From NCBI GenBank assembly GCA_002633005.1, contig NMRA01000112.1, positions 322,629 to 386,628 on the forward strand: 64,000 nucleotides of DNA. The letters are read 5' to 3'. A program made the position numbers and the translations under genes. Source of the stretch: Phoronis australis. Lineage: Eukaryota; Animalia; Phoronida. This document shows, piece after piece, positions 34,945 to 47,500 of this stretch (within the stretch, counting starts at the first letter, position 1; every line of letters begins with the position of its first letter). Below the pieces are notes generated by a model. It worked only from the letters and a program-made list of their open reading frames with translations, was not told the origin of the DNA and did not search any database.

Positions 34945-36919
34945 CTATACTTTATTGAGATAAAACTTGACTCTTCCCAGTCGCTGAAGGCTAAACCAGT
35001 CAATTTAGGTTTGTCATAAAGGCCATAGGCCTAGTGTACATAAGAAAAATATGTAACATGCTTAGGAGTGCAGCAAGCTATCACGGAGACGAAAAGCATA
35101 AAATACATATTTACATAGATTAACTAATTTAGCATCATCACTTGTTGACATTCATCCATTGAACATGGACATAATTTGTGCACTGGGTATACTCAAACTT
35201 ATTTTTTTCCTAATTTGAATTACTTTTTAAATTGATTATAAAAACACAATTTAGGATTACCCTCAACACTCTGTCCCTGCAGATAACAATCCCTTATTCG
35301 CTGTATAAAAATTATCAGAAAAGTATTTTCACACACAACGCCTTGATTTAACCAAATTGCGTGAAATCCATAATTGACAAGCTCGGCCCCCTTGCGAATT
35401 AAAAAAAATCAGGTCCATAGCTCAAATACACACTGATCTTGTGCTAGGCAAGCAGTTAGCTCCGTTAGGTCTAGGACAGTGCCCAAGTCCAATTAATGTA
35501 TGGAATTGGCCATAATCGCACCAATAAGACCTACATGTACCATCTGATGAACTTCGCATTTTTGTAGTTTCATTGCAAAAAGGTAGCTAGGTAGCTTTCA
35601 GTTAATTTTAAACGAAGCATGATCACTAACCTGGTTACAAAAGATGACAAGTCTCGGGTGTAGTGGCAAAATATGGCCATTTCCAAAAATAACTCAATTT
35701 TTTTAAAGCATCATAAATCTAAATATCTTGTTTGAACGACTTCAAAATGAGCTCTCTCTAACTCTGCAGTCAAAGTGTATGCTAGAGGTTCTCATCAAAA
35801 AGTGATTCGAGTGTTTATTTTCTGTGGTAATTGCTCGAACAAGGCTTTGAGTTCAGTAATCAGTGCCCCTCCCAGTGCTGATCGAATCTCTCAATTTTGG
35901 AGAGAAGTTCAGTTAAATGCCAGCCTAACTGGATAACAAAAACGTACCTCTGCTACGAAACAAAAAGATGCCCATTAGATCGAGATAAATGAAAAAATAG
36001 TAATAATTTGCTTAAAAACAACAATTTCCAGGGACTACTGCTAGATCCAGCATTTGCCGAGACAAAGGCACCCAGACAAGTGAAACTCCGGAGTCAAAAT
36101 CTGATAGGCCTACTCAATAGCCTCCAAACTGAAACGTGCGTATCTTGGAACAAATATATTTGTATTTAACCTTCGAGTTAATGATACATTGCCAAGTTCA
36201 GTTGCTCGTGTGGCCGTTCACACACTATAGTTTACACCTTTCAACATCACTCTTCAGCTTAGGAGATGCCCAAAAATAACGGGACATTCTTCTCGATCTG
36301 TATAACGGCTGTCGGGATTACACACGCTATGTCAAAACCGTTTCACCATTCTTATCTTACAATTTCGTGAGCTATAGACTAAAATCAGTTATACACAACG
36401 ACTGTGTTGCTTGTCGGGTATAATGGCGGCTTGGAAACGCAGACGAAGGTGTGTCAAGAATGCTGCGTTCTGATTGGTTAGTTAATTCGTCAGTTATAAC
36501 CTTGGCGATAGGTCAATTGGACAATATCAGCCGATTTCATAAAGGTGGTTTAACAAAAGCAGGTTTAAGACTTAAACCTACTCTTCCTAAATCTGGTCTA
36601 ATTTTAGACCTGATTTGCATTTCACCAACATGGTTTAAGAGTCTGAAAGCCTGGTTTTGCTAGACCAGGGAGCTGGTTCAGTATAACCAGGTTTAAAATA
36701 TTAAAGGCACCCCACTGTGTAGAGTTGGGTAAACGCAACAAAGAAACTATTGAAGAGCTTCAATGAAACCTTGATCACGTGGGTATACAATGGCATACAC
36801 TAGTAGAATCAATGAGGTATATACAGTTATATTTATCTCATTGAGTAGAATCAGTGCAGATATTTACGAAAAACATCTAAAAGCTTTTCTCATGAGGAAA
36901 ACTGAAATTTCTGTGCCCT

Positions 36920-36944
36920 ACACACACACACACACACACACACA
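36920..36944. repeat. (CA)n microsatellite
   Basis: About 12 AC units. Confidence 0.95.
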
Positions 36945-37169
36945 TTAAAGAACGTGTCATTTTAGTGTTTATTTTCCGCGGCCAAAGGGGGGGGCAAGAC
37001 CCCTTCCTGGTAACATTATATCCGAGAACAGTGGAGGTGGAACTCAGTCAGAAGAATCAGAAGATGCTGTCTTTAGTCAAATATGTAGCGCTTACGACGA
37101 TGACGCCCTGCTCGACCAGTTGTATTCTGAGAAATCCGCAAGACACACTCCAGCAAGTAGTGGTCTACG

Positions 37170-37325
37170 CATAGGCGGATCCACGGGGGTCAAGGGGTCC
37201 GGAGTCCCCTTTTTTCTCTTGATTTTACTGATATTAAATCTATAATTTTCAAATTGTTGACTTGGCCCCCCTTTCAAAAAGTCCTTGATAGACCCCTCCC
37301 TTTAAAAATCCTGGATCCGACCCTG
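37170..37325. mobile_element. MITE with 5-bp TSD CTACG
   Basis: CATAGGCGGATCCA..TGGATCCGACCCTG; CTACG at 37165-37169 and 37326-37330. Confidence 0.85.
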
Positions 37326-38049
37326 CTACGTTTGATCTTGTGTCATAGTAAAACTGAATATTGAAAATAATCCATTTTCGCTCTAAAACTGCGTCGCAAA
37401 TGCACTCCGCGGCATCATTCAGTCGTACCTATACCATGCAAGTCTGACATATTGCCGTTAAACCTGGGCCTGACCAAGTCTAAAGTTAAACATGGTTTAA
37501 GATCTTAATACAGGTCTAAAGAATATAGACCTCGTTGGTGAAATGAAAACTGACTTAGACCAGGTCTAAACTGGAGTTAAACGAGGTTTTACTAGACCAC
37601 TGGTCTAAATGTTAAATTACTTTTATGAAATGCAGATTATCTTTAAACCTGGTCTAAGTCCAGCTTAAACCAGGTTTAACTTTAAACCACCTTTATGAAA
37701 TCGGCTGTATAAATCTAACTGATGTGGCCCAATGTCGGGAGTGCCGACCATTTTGATCTAAGTCACGCAAATTGTCGTAAGCTGCCGTGAGTTACGGTAA
37801 GGAGGCATTTTGAGAAGTTTGAACCAATATTTGATCACGGCAACATAGTACTTAGTAAATAAAGGCCCACTTTCGCTCACTACAGCATCGTTTGAGCATG
37901 AAGTAGCTACACCCACTACACTACAAATTCATTCAAATACAATGTAAACACAAGACGACTTAACAAACAACCTTGCCTATATGCCAGTACTGCAAACATC
38001 AGTTATACCACCCTGCGTTCTCACACACATCCAAAGTTTGCTATTGCAA

Positions 38050-39955
38050 TTGTAATTTTTTTTTGTAATCTGAGCCAAAGCAACTGATGGGGGGATCTTA
38101 TCAAATGTTTTAGAAAAATCAATAAATGCTCAGTAGAGACGGTGTCTTTTTTGATTTTGTGTCATAGTTGACAATATAAAAAATTGTTCGACAGTGCTAT
38201 ATCCCTTTCGGAACCCTACTTGGCATTCATACAATTTATTTTTCTCCATAGCCCAATCAGTACTTTTCCGATCGCTGGGAGAAGGGAAATTCCCCTATAA
38301 TTATTAGGGCCATTGACCTTCCCCTGTTTAAACAGCGGTACCAAAATAGCATCACACCATGATTGTGAGTGCCTCCCACTGTGCAAGGTCTTGTTGAATA
38401 GAGCCACTAGTAAAGGACTTGATGACTACTGGTGCACACTTCGACAACCAAGCCACCAATACCCGACGCCTTTCCGCAGGGGAGCGATTGAATAGCCCTT
38501 TCGATCTCAGTCACACTAAAATCACAATTCAAAGATTCAGAGTCATTTGCCTCACAGTGTTCGCAAAAGTTACTGTGGGCATTGAAAACATGATCAGCAT
38601 TATTTTCCACGTCTTCACCGATCTGAATTTTATGATTGAGTAAATACCACATACCAGGCGTGATCGAGGATATAGACTTGTTTCTGCGCAAGTTTGCTTT
38701 CACCAAATTCCAGAATAGTTTTGTATACATGTAATTTATGTTGTTTATTATCTCATTCAATATCTCTGAATTCCGCTGTTATTTCTTAACTCTAATCAAC
38801 TTTCGGTACCCTCTCTTGCGTGATTTGTAAAATTCTAGGTCACTGACAGACCTGGACAGGCGAAATTTCTTAAGAGCCTGATATTTACTTTCATGTCCCT
38901 TAACTCATTATCCCACCAAGAAAGATGTGACTTAAAATTGCCCTTTCTAGATTTACTGGACTGCGAGATCATATTTGATGCAACACATGTGTACAAACGG
39001 AGTAAATTATACACTGTTTCATCCACCAAATTATTTTCAATCAAACGATAAAATTCATTTGAAAGATCGTTGGAACACTCTGTAAATTTTGTCTCAAATG
39101 AGGATATATACGTTGTCCGCGGAACACACAATTTTCTCATACGGTCTGACACTTGACGTCACCTTGTTCAACTGATAGCAGTACTGAGTAATTCGCACCT
39201 TGGCCCGGTCTCCAATCTTTTTACTCGAAATGGAACTCGAAATTAGGTTTGGCATTTTCTACTCTACTTTTGGGCGAACTCAAGATAAGTGTCTATTATT
39301 CTATGCTCGAGTACACAATAAATTACATAGATAATTTATTGCCCTTAGTTCACAGTTTGTAAACCCAATATTAAAGCAATAAATTCGAGTTTGAACTCGA
39401 AATTTCGTGTTTTTACTCGAGTTTGTAGCACGAATATAAGGGTCTTCAAGGGCAAACTTGAACTGGAAACTCCTATGCATAAACCATAATGTATTCGAGC
39501 ACAGTCTGATAACCAATTATCTTAAGTTCGCACAAAAGGAGCAGAGAAATTGTCAAAAATAGTTTCGAGTTCGTTTCGAGTACAAAGTTTAGAGACCGGG
39601 CTCTGGTGTCAAAGTACAAACTATGGGGAGATGATCAGACACGTCGAATAAATCTACCTTAAACTTAAATAGATGTTCATACAAATCAGATGATACCAAC
39701 AGATAATCCACAACTCTACACACTCCTGATGCATAACATTTAGATTCACGTTTCTCATCATCCTCACGTCTACTGGTCATGATACGAAGGTCACGTTCAC
39801 AGCAAAGCTCCACAAGAAGTTAATTACATCATCTGTAGTTTCTCTACGAATACTAAAGCTACCAGAGGAATACCATTCTTGGCAGGGGAGGTAATCGGGC
39901 TGTCATGCACAATAGTCTTTCAAATTACCAAAACTTGTGTCAAAATCACCCATTG
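38050..39955 (-). mobile_element. Decayed LINE (APE endonuclease plus RT N-terminal part), interrupted by a MITE at 39197-39607
   Basis: Endonuclease motifs MGDFD, VVDYLLVS and VSDHLPIVCTL; linker SWWDNEL; EIERAIQSLPCGKASGIGG; RT motifs ILVPLFKQG..NNYRGISLL, FRKGYST and AFIDFSKTFD. Confidence 0.88.
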
Positions 39956-39975
39956 CAGTATAAGATGATCACTTA

Positions 39976-40630
39976 CTTAGAGACGTGGTAGGTTGGTTGC
40001 AGACGTTTCGACCTGGTCCACCAGGTCCTTATCAATTAATGAGGAGTTTCCCGCCTTTCGCTGGTTAAGAATGTTTGAATACACGGGAGGTAAGTGGAGA
40101 CCTTGGTCCCGGTTCAAGAGGGGGCGCTGAGTGTTGATGTTTATGGACTCTTTTAGCTTGTGAGCATACCAATTCTGTTCTTTGGCTAGGATCTTGGATG
40201 ACGCAAGGGAGAAGGAATGCCCAGTCGCCAATATGTGTTCCCCCACAGTTGTTGGTCTGTCTAGTTTCTGATATTCTTTGAATCTGGTAAGGGACGCTCT
40301 CTTGGTTTCTCCAATTTGGGTGTGGTGGTATCCTGATCACATTTCAGCTGGTATATGACCCCACATTGTTTAGCCATCGGGGTTGGGTTTTTGGGTCTGT
40401 CTAGTAGGGATCGGAGGATGTTGATGGGTTTCATATATGAAGGGATTCTGTGGGTTATGTAAGTGTGTTGCAGGCGTTCAGACACTCCTCTTATGTATGG
40501 GATGGACCATCGAGTTTTTTAGTAGATTTACGACTATGGGGGTCTGTGAACATCCATTCCTGGTATCCATTAGCTCGCAAAGCATCTTCAACATGGTCAA
40601 CCTCTTCGACATAGTTTCGGTATTCAGTGA
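39976..40630 (-). mobile_element. Penelope-like retroelement 3' part (GIY-YIG endonuclease plus terminal hammerhead-like motif)
   Basis: KPINILRSLL..PK..GVIYQLKC and EHILATGH..SKILAKE..KLKESINI..LNRDQG.HLPPVY are typical C-terminal motifs of Penelope-like elements (PLEs). Confidence 0.9.
40001..40035 (-). ncRNA. Variant or degenerate minimal hammerhead ribozyme motif
   Basis: UUGAUAA G GACCUGG-UGGA-CCAGGUC GAAA C GUC: perfect 7-bp stem II, GAAA and palindromic ACGU stem III. The core differs from CUGANGA at two positions. Confidence 0.55.
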
Positions 40631-40644
40631 TGTAACGTTACATC

Positions 40645-41390
40645 AATTTCAGTTAACTGGACAGAGCAAGCATAGTTATCATGTTTCTTCAAGGGCCTCG
40701 TTCATCCGAGGGGAAAGGTGTCTGTGCCTTCCAGTTCTGAGAGGGGAATTTTTCGCCGGGCGAGGGGAAGATCTACCTGCCGATCATCATCAATAGCACC
40801 CCCACCCTGCTGCAATCTCTCGAAGGCTCTGTCTCAAGTAGCATTTTGTGCTCTTTCAAACTGTCACCTGTGTGGCTACAGTTGATTTGAACTTCGGAGA
40901 GAACTTTTCAATCACTAGGCAATTTTTAGGCTTCATGGGGGGATTTCGGGGGGATTTTTCAATATTTTTGAGTGGTAAATAGGGCCGATATTCTGCCCCA
41001 AAATCGATGGATTGAGGGCCTTGTCCTTTTTGGAAAGAAAAACGCATCATCTTTCAACCTGTAGTCATGAAAACACAGCCTGGCTGGCCGAAGATTCTCC
41101 GGTCATAATTGCTATGACGCTCGGCAACCGAGATGCGACAAAATCTAACTTTTCAAAAACATTTATAAATTTTACACGAACATATTTTCCTTCGTCGCGG
41201 CGGGGATGGCAACGAACCAATGCTTCCGAATGTCAACGTCCTCAGGGATTGTAAAACAGGCAGTTGAGTGTCTGTATTTTTCTAGCCGTTGGAGCAACAC
41301 GGAATACAACCAGTATGCCGATAAGCCAACAGAGCTATCGTAGCGACCCTCGTTTTGGAACGCGCCTCCTGTCGGCGTGAATTTGGTCAA
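40645..41390 (+). mobile_element. Partial (right-half) copy of the ~1.6-1.8-kb TIR element family
   Basis: Colinear with about 43865-44542 and 60705-61705, ending GTCGGCGTGAATTTGGTC. Confidence 0.8.
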
Positions 41391-41556
41391 CAGAGCTACT
41401 TTTTGAATAACTGATACGAACTGCGGGTGTTATCCACTAATGCTTAACTGTAGACCAATGTAAACACAGAGACCATGCCTGAACTTATCAGGTTAACAGA
41501 TAAGGGCGGAAATGATCAAACAATTACGGGGGTGCTTCACACAGCAGAACATCCAA

Positions 41557-42207
41557 CAGCCTCGTCTCCAAGCCTCAAGATAGCGCTGATCTGTTTAGCC
41601 AATTGAGGCATGGTTAGGAGAACTCAATGTGTCAGAATTTTGACCATTTGTTACTGAAATCGCCGGATTATAACGATTGATAAAAAGTTAAATCTTCTTT
41701 GAAATTTTCGTCATTTTGAATACAAAAATCAGAACTAACGGTATAACATGCAGCAATTTAGGACTAAATTATTGCAAAAATTGTGTGTTTTGTTTCTGAA
41801 AAGGATTGATTTCTATGGGGTACTATCAATAAAACAGAATCGAAAATAAGTACGCCAACATTTTTTATTTCAAACAATAACCAAAACAATGCCTTTTGCT
41901 TCATGAATAGCAGAAACAACTGCCTTTGTTGTGGCTCTAATTTAGTTTCGACCTACTTAAATTTATCAAATCAACCATGCCAAGAATCTGCAAGAATTGG
42001 TGTTCAAGCATTGAGATTCAAGTGTCTGACAGATAGCATTTCATTTTCATTATTTTATCTAAATAATCGTAGTTCGTCGCCACCTTTTTAAAAATGTTTT
42101 AATGACGCCAAGACAGCGATCAATCATTTCGCAGAAGGTATTTCTCCTAACCAAGCCTCAAACAACTAAACCGGTCAGGGCCATCTTGAGGTTTGGGGAC
42201 GAGGCTG
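41557..42207. mobile_element. Non-autonomous element with ~65-bp TIRs and ~9-bp TSD (AcademH-like)
   Basis: CAGCCTCGTCTCCAAGCCTCAAGAT..GGTTAGGAGAA is mirrored at the right end; TSD AACATCCAA / AACATCTAC. Confidence 0.7.
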
Positions 42208-42904
42208 AACATCTACTGGAAGATGAATAAAGGTGGCAAAGCCAAAGATGAGAAAAATGTGGGAAATGGGAATCAGGCAACTAATAGCATTGCTTCTAAT
42301 ACAATTTCTGTTTGTTTGAACGCCTGTTAGTTTGTTATCAGTGTGGTAAGCACCACAGTGTCATAAACTTCAATTGATGGCTTAACAAGAAAAACAAGAT
42401 AAGATAAAAACGGCTAGACATTTAGCTCAGTATACAGGACGTGCCTCTACAAATCTGTTCTGACAGATTTTTGCTCAATGAAAAAGTAAGATTGCTATAA
42501 AATACTGGATTCTAGAAAGTGAAGTGCCTTTGTTGGCAAAATTTTGACATGGGACCGACCAAAAATTTCTTTTTTTAAAAGTTCATTATACTCTGCCTAA
42601 CGACGAGCTAACGTATACTCTGCTTTACATATACATGACATTCTGCAATTTTCCAGTTTAGATACTATCTATTATACGAAATCAGTCGAGTTACTCATCT
42701 GAATAAGACAGTGGCTCTGCATGTCAACCCTCAATCTCAGCAAATGTTGCTGACAAATCAACTAAACTTCATTGAAATATTAAATCGACTGAGACATCTA
42801 AGCGTCGCGTTGACAGTCTGTGTTACCGCAACATTACTCATCAAGCCTGAAGTTAGCTGATAAGATTACGCGCGTTGGTTAGCGAATTCACAACACCACT
42901 GACT

Positions 42905-44542
42905 ATAAACCAATTCACGCGGCAGACATTAAAATCCAAAGCGAGGCTCACTGCAATAAACAAAGTCGAAGTTGACATTGCGTGAGTTAAATGGCCGGTC
43001 TTTCGAGTCCAACATGGATATTAAATCTACAAAATGTGTCGATAATTAAGCACAGAGACGTAAAAAAATACATTAGAGAACAATTCATTGCACCAAAGAG
43101 TTGTCTGGCGAAAGGGTATAAGCTTTTTTCGGAAAACTAGTGTCCAAACACGATAAGTAAATATGACCAAATTGCGGCGACCGACGTGTTACGGCTAGGT
43201 ATTATCCTGAATGCAGGGTTATGTTTCTTCTTGTAAATTGTTGATGAAAATGCTAATTTCTACACGAACCAGTTCTTCTGCTTTTATTGTTGACGAGTTG
43301 ATGCAATATTCGACAGCATTTTGCTGTCATGTGCATCTGGTTTAATTTGTTAATCAAGAATATTAGCATCGAGCATAGCCTAGGTCCTGGTGAGGTAGGG
43401 ACTACCGGGACTAATAATTGATTTGTCATTGATCTGAAAGAATAACTGATGTTATTAAATATATTTTTATTAAAATAAAAAACCTGCATGCGCGCACCCC
43501 CCAATTGGCAAAGTGGGCAAAAAGGTCCGCCCCCTGAGAGACAAAACGTCCGAGACAAATGAACACTAAATAAGCGCAAACGCGCAATTCTCAGAGGTGC
43601 TCCCGTTTTTTTTTTAGTCCCTCCGCACTTTTGTTAGAAAATGGTCCACAACGAGTCCCCATATCGAAGGCTGGGTGCGCACATGACCTGGCTCGTAGTT
43701 GAAAATAAAAATTATTTGACCATCAATTCTGCTTTCTTCGTTTTAATAATTCTTACGTCTATTGCATGTGTTAGGTTTCAAATATCAATCTGTACCAAGT
43801 TGAATTTCAAAATTAAAACACGTACCTAATTCGTTCGTCTAAAGCATGCCCTCGTTTTAGAGCTCAATTTCAGTTAACTGGGCAGAGCAAGCATAGTTAT
43901 TATTTTCTTCAGGAGCCTCGTTCGTTCATCCGAGGGGGAAGATTCCTGTGCCTTCAAGAGGAGGATTTTTTCGCAGAGTGACGGGAAAAATCTAGCTCCC
44001 GATCACCATCAAAAGGACCCCGCCCTGTTGCAAGCTCTCATACGCTACGTCTCAAATTGTCAACTGTGTGGTTACACTCCAGATGATTTGAACTTCGAAG
44101 AGAAATTTTCAATCACCTTTTTAGGCCTCGTGGGGGAATTTCGCGTGAGTTTTTAATATTATTAGAGGGGAATAGAGCCGATATTCGGCCCCAAAATCGA
44201 GGGATTGAGGGCCCTGTCCTTTTGGGAAAAAAATGCATCATGAAAACACACTGAGCCTGGCTGGCCGATGATTCTCCAGTCGTCATTACTCGGCAACGAG
44301 ACGCTATCAAATATTATCTAACTTTTCGAAAACATTTATAAAATTTACACGGACATATTTTCTTTCATCGCGGCGTATGGCAACGATCCAACGCTTCCGC
44401 ATCTCAGCGTACTTAGCCGGAGATCGTAAAACAGACAGCTGAATGTCCGTATTTTCCCTAGCCGTTCGAGCAACGCGGAATACAGCTATCGTAGCGAGAC
44501 TGGTTTTGGAACTCGCCTCCTGTAGGCGTAAATTAGGTCTAT
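42905..44542 (+). mobile_element. Full-length non-autonomous DNA transposon, ~55-bp imperfect TIRs, AT-flanked (ISL2EU/Harbinger-like); nested MITE at 43487-43685
   Basis: Termini AT-AAACCAATTCACGC.. and ..GCGTAAATTAGGTCT-AT; a second full copy lies at 59919-61705. Confidence 0.8.
43487..43685. mobile_element. MITE with 5-bp TSD ACCTG
   Basis: TIR CATGCGCGCACCC / GGGTGCGCACATG; ACCTG at 43482-43486 and 43686-43690; absent from sister copies of the host element. Confidence 0.88.
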
Positions 44543-47500
44543 GAGAAAAAACACGATTGAACAGCGTTAAGGAGGCCTTGAACTCCCGCGGCCAATTTGC
44601 AACGCGGAAATATTTAAATCTAGGGGTAGAGCAGGCTTGGGGCAGTTTTTAGGTAGGCATTGCATGTAGACTCGGTGAATGTGTTTGTATTTGAGAAAAT
44701 GCTGACAATGAAAAAGGGTCGTTCACTCAAGGAGCATATTTCGGTTTCGGGTCCCTGGTACACTGCCCTGAGGGGCTACTTCAAAATCCTTTGTTGAAAA
44801 TGAGTGCTCGAGTATCCAGTGGCTGACCTCTTATAAATGATACTAAACATCGTCCTATATCAAAATTCATTTAAACACTATTTTTTTCCTAGAGGTTATT
44901 TCAAATTGGCAAAAAACATAATGAACTTTAATTGCTGTTTCAAGTAGGATAAATAGGAATTTTCGGGAATCAAACGTCGCAGGCCGCATGATTGGGCCCA
45001 TTGCACCAAACAGTTGCGCTAAAAACAATAGAGCCCCGTTACATGTGAAGGAAGATTTCAAGCCTACCCGTCTCCTTTAAGAAAACAGACCGCGGACTTT
45101 TTCATTTGTTGCCATGCACTATATGTTGCAGGCATGTAACTGTCATCCAGTAGCTTGCTCCTTAGCCTATAAAAAGCTTAGCAAGACTACACATTATAAA
45201 AACTGGAGGCACACAATTCTGAGTCGCTTGCACGTTGTTAAGTGACAAGATTTTTTTCAAACCGGTAATTTGCAGTGTTTTTAGGCAACTTCCAATTGGT
45301 AAAACCAGGGCTCTGGGTTCTGATCATTTTACTCGAAATGGAACTCGAAATTATGTTTGGCATTTTCTACCCTACTTTTGTGCGAATTCAAGATAAGTGT
45401 CCAATATTCTATACTCGAGTACATAATGACTTACGTGGATATTTTTTTAGTTCTAGTTTGCAGTTTACAATCCAACTTGCATCAAATGTTTGTTTCTGCT
45501 CTTGTAAAGACTCTATGCTCTATTGGAATTTAAAGTAGATATAAACATGCCTTTTGTCACGAAAACCAACTTCTCATTTAGACCACGTATCATTAGTATG
45601 AAATTGACCTCGAATTGTTCCTTGATAAAATAGGTGTGAATTTTGGGTTTGAAAATTTCTAGCAATTTGTCACTACTTGAAACAGTTTCTTTAGGTTGAC
45701 TTGTCACAGCATACCATTTCATTCACCTGACATAGTCTCAACCATAATGAACTTACCGTTCTTTGTAAGACCAAAAATTATTTCTCATCTGAATAAGGAA
45801 AAATCCGAGATCAATGTTATACCGAAAAGTGGTTAAATTCAAAAGTTAAGTTGCATGGAAAGAACAGGGTTTTATAGCCACCGTATTTTTTCTGCGAAAA
45901 ATGCAACTCTATCGTCTCTCAGTGTTGGTTTCTTATTGCTTACTGATGGACGAAGAAAGTCTGAACCTTGTTTGAGCTTGATAAAACAGTTGTGTGGTAA
46001 CTTTGTAACTTTATATGCATGCAACGGCTGCTGAGTAGCACTTGGAACACAACCATGCTGCCATGGGTTCAATTTCCAGTCTTAAAACTCTAGGATCGAT
46101 CTAAACCATTAAGTGTTTTGCAATGGTCATCAAAAGTTATGATGCAATGAAAATTTATACCAAGAATCAAATGGCAATATGTGCATTAGTTCTTGCATCA
46201 TATTTCTAACTTGCAACCTCTCACACTTGTTGATACTAGCATTCAGTTGGTGGCATGGGTACGGTTATCGTTACTTGTACCCAGTGGTGGTTTTCTTTGC
46301 ACTACCTTTTTGGTTTCAGTGATCAATTATATTGTAACTTTTCACAATATCTTACAGTTACAGGCTACACAGGTACTTCAGTGAGAAATCCAAGAAGAAT
46401 GCAGTCAAGAATTAAGAAAAATCTGTACTGGAGTCCGTAATTAGCAGATGCTTGAGAGACGAACAAGCCGTGCACAAACTTGACGCATGACTTCCAGGGT
46501 CCAATCAGTTTATTGCCTTGAAGTCAATGGTGTTGCAATGGCAACCAATGTTAACTGATCTATCAAAAGAAACTATCACTGCTTCAGTGATTACTTGGCA
46601 CTATTTTGAAAGTTAGTTTTGCACAGTAGCTTGACTGCAGTCAAGACATTTTCAGAATGAAACCAGGAAATGGTATTGGGCATAAATTTTGTTTATTAGT
46701 ACCATTAAGAAATCACATTTATCTGAGTACTGAGTAATAGGCAAAACTAATATATGCATTTGCAAAAAAAAATATATATATGCATTTGCCACATAAAGAA
46801 CTGGGCCTGAGTTAATAACGTCATTTGTTTAATGACTCCAAGTAGATGAAACGGTACGATTTGTGACATAACCCTTGTATTGCGAAAATATGTTGGGGTA
46901 GGCGCCTGTTGTTGTAGTCAGTACCTTTGTCGAAGGCCAGCACATCATTACAGTAGACTCTTGACAATTCCTCATTTATGACGAAGAAACCAAAAGTCTG
47001 AATCAAAAAGTGAAAATATTTTTTTTCATTGCCATACATGTATATAAGAGATCAAAAAATCATCCATTGCCTAGTGTACTTAACAGCTGAATACCTTGTA
47101 GAATGTATTGTTGGCAGTCCATTGTCATGGCTGTTTTGATATTTATACTTACAATTCAGACAAACGCTCAGCAAAGCTGTCAAATAATAAATTTGCTTTA
47201 TTGTGTTTTGTTTAGTTTGAATAAAACCGGACCTTATTATGGACCTGCCAATAATCCATAGATAGTCTTTAATGAATACTCGTGTCACAGGTGTACTGTC
47301 AGGGCCGTAATAATGTTTCCACTTCACAATTGCCAAGTAAAGGTTTAGTCCAGTAATCATTAATACATAAGAGCCTGGAAATAATTAGTTCAAATTTTCT
47401 CAATAAGTAGCAATTATGACATATTTTCAGATAATTTATTTATTTGCTAAACTGAGTTTTAAATATTTGTCTGAAACATTTCTGTTGATTGCATGACCAA

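Larger units (their letters stand above)
36528..37707. mobile_element. Non-autonomous TIR element with 3-bp TSD TAT, containing (CA)n and a nested MITE
   Basis: Perfect 26-bp TIR CAGCCGATTTCATAAAGGTGGTTTAA / TTAAACCACCTTTATGAAATCGGCTG; subterminal AGACCWGG repeats. Confidence 0.85.

Noticed and set aside
44715-44860. Faint U3 snoRNA-like 5' motif on the minus strand (AGGACGATG..ATCATTTATAAG..GAGCAC)
   Set aside because: No convincing C', B, C or D boxes or terminal stem; probably chance. An Infernal search with the U3 model would settle it.
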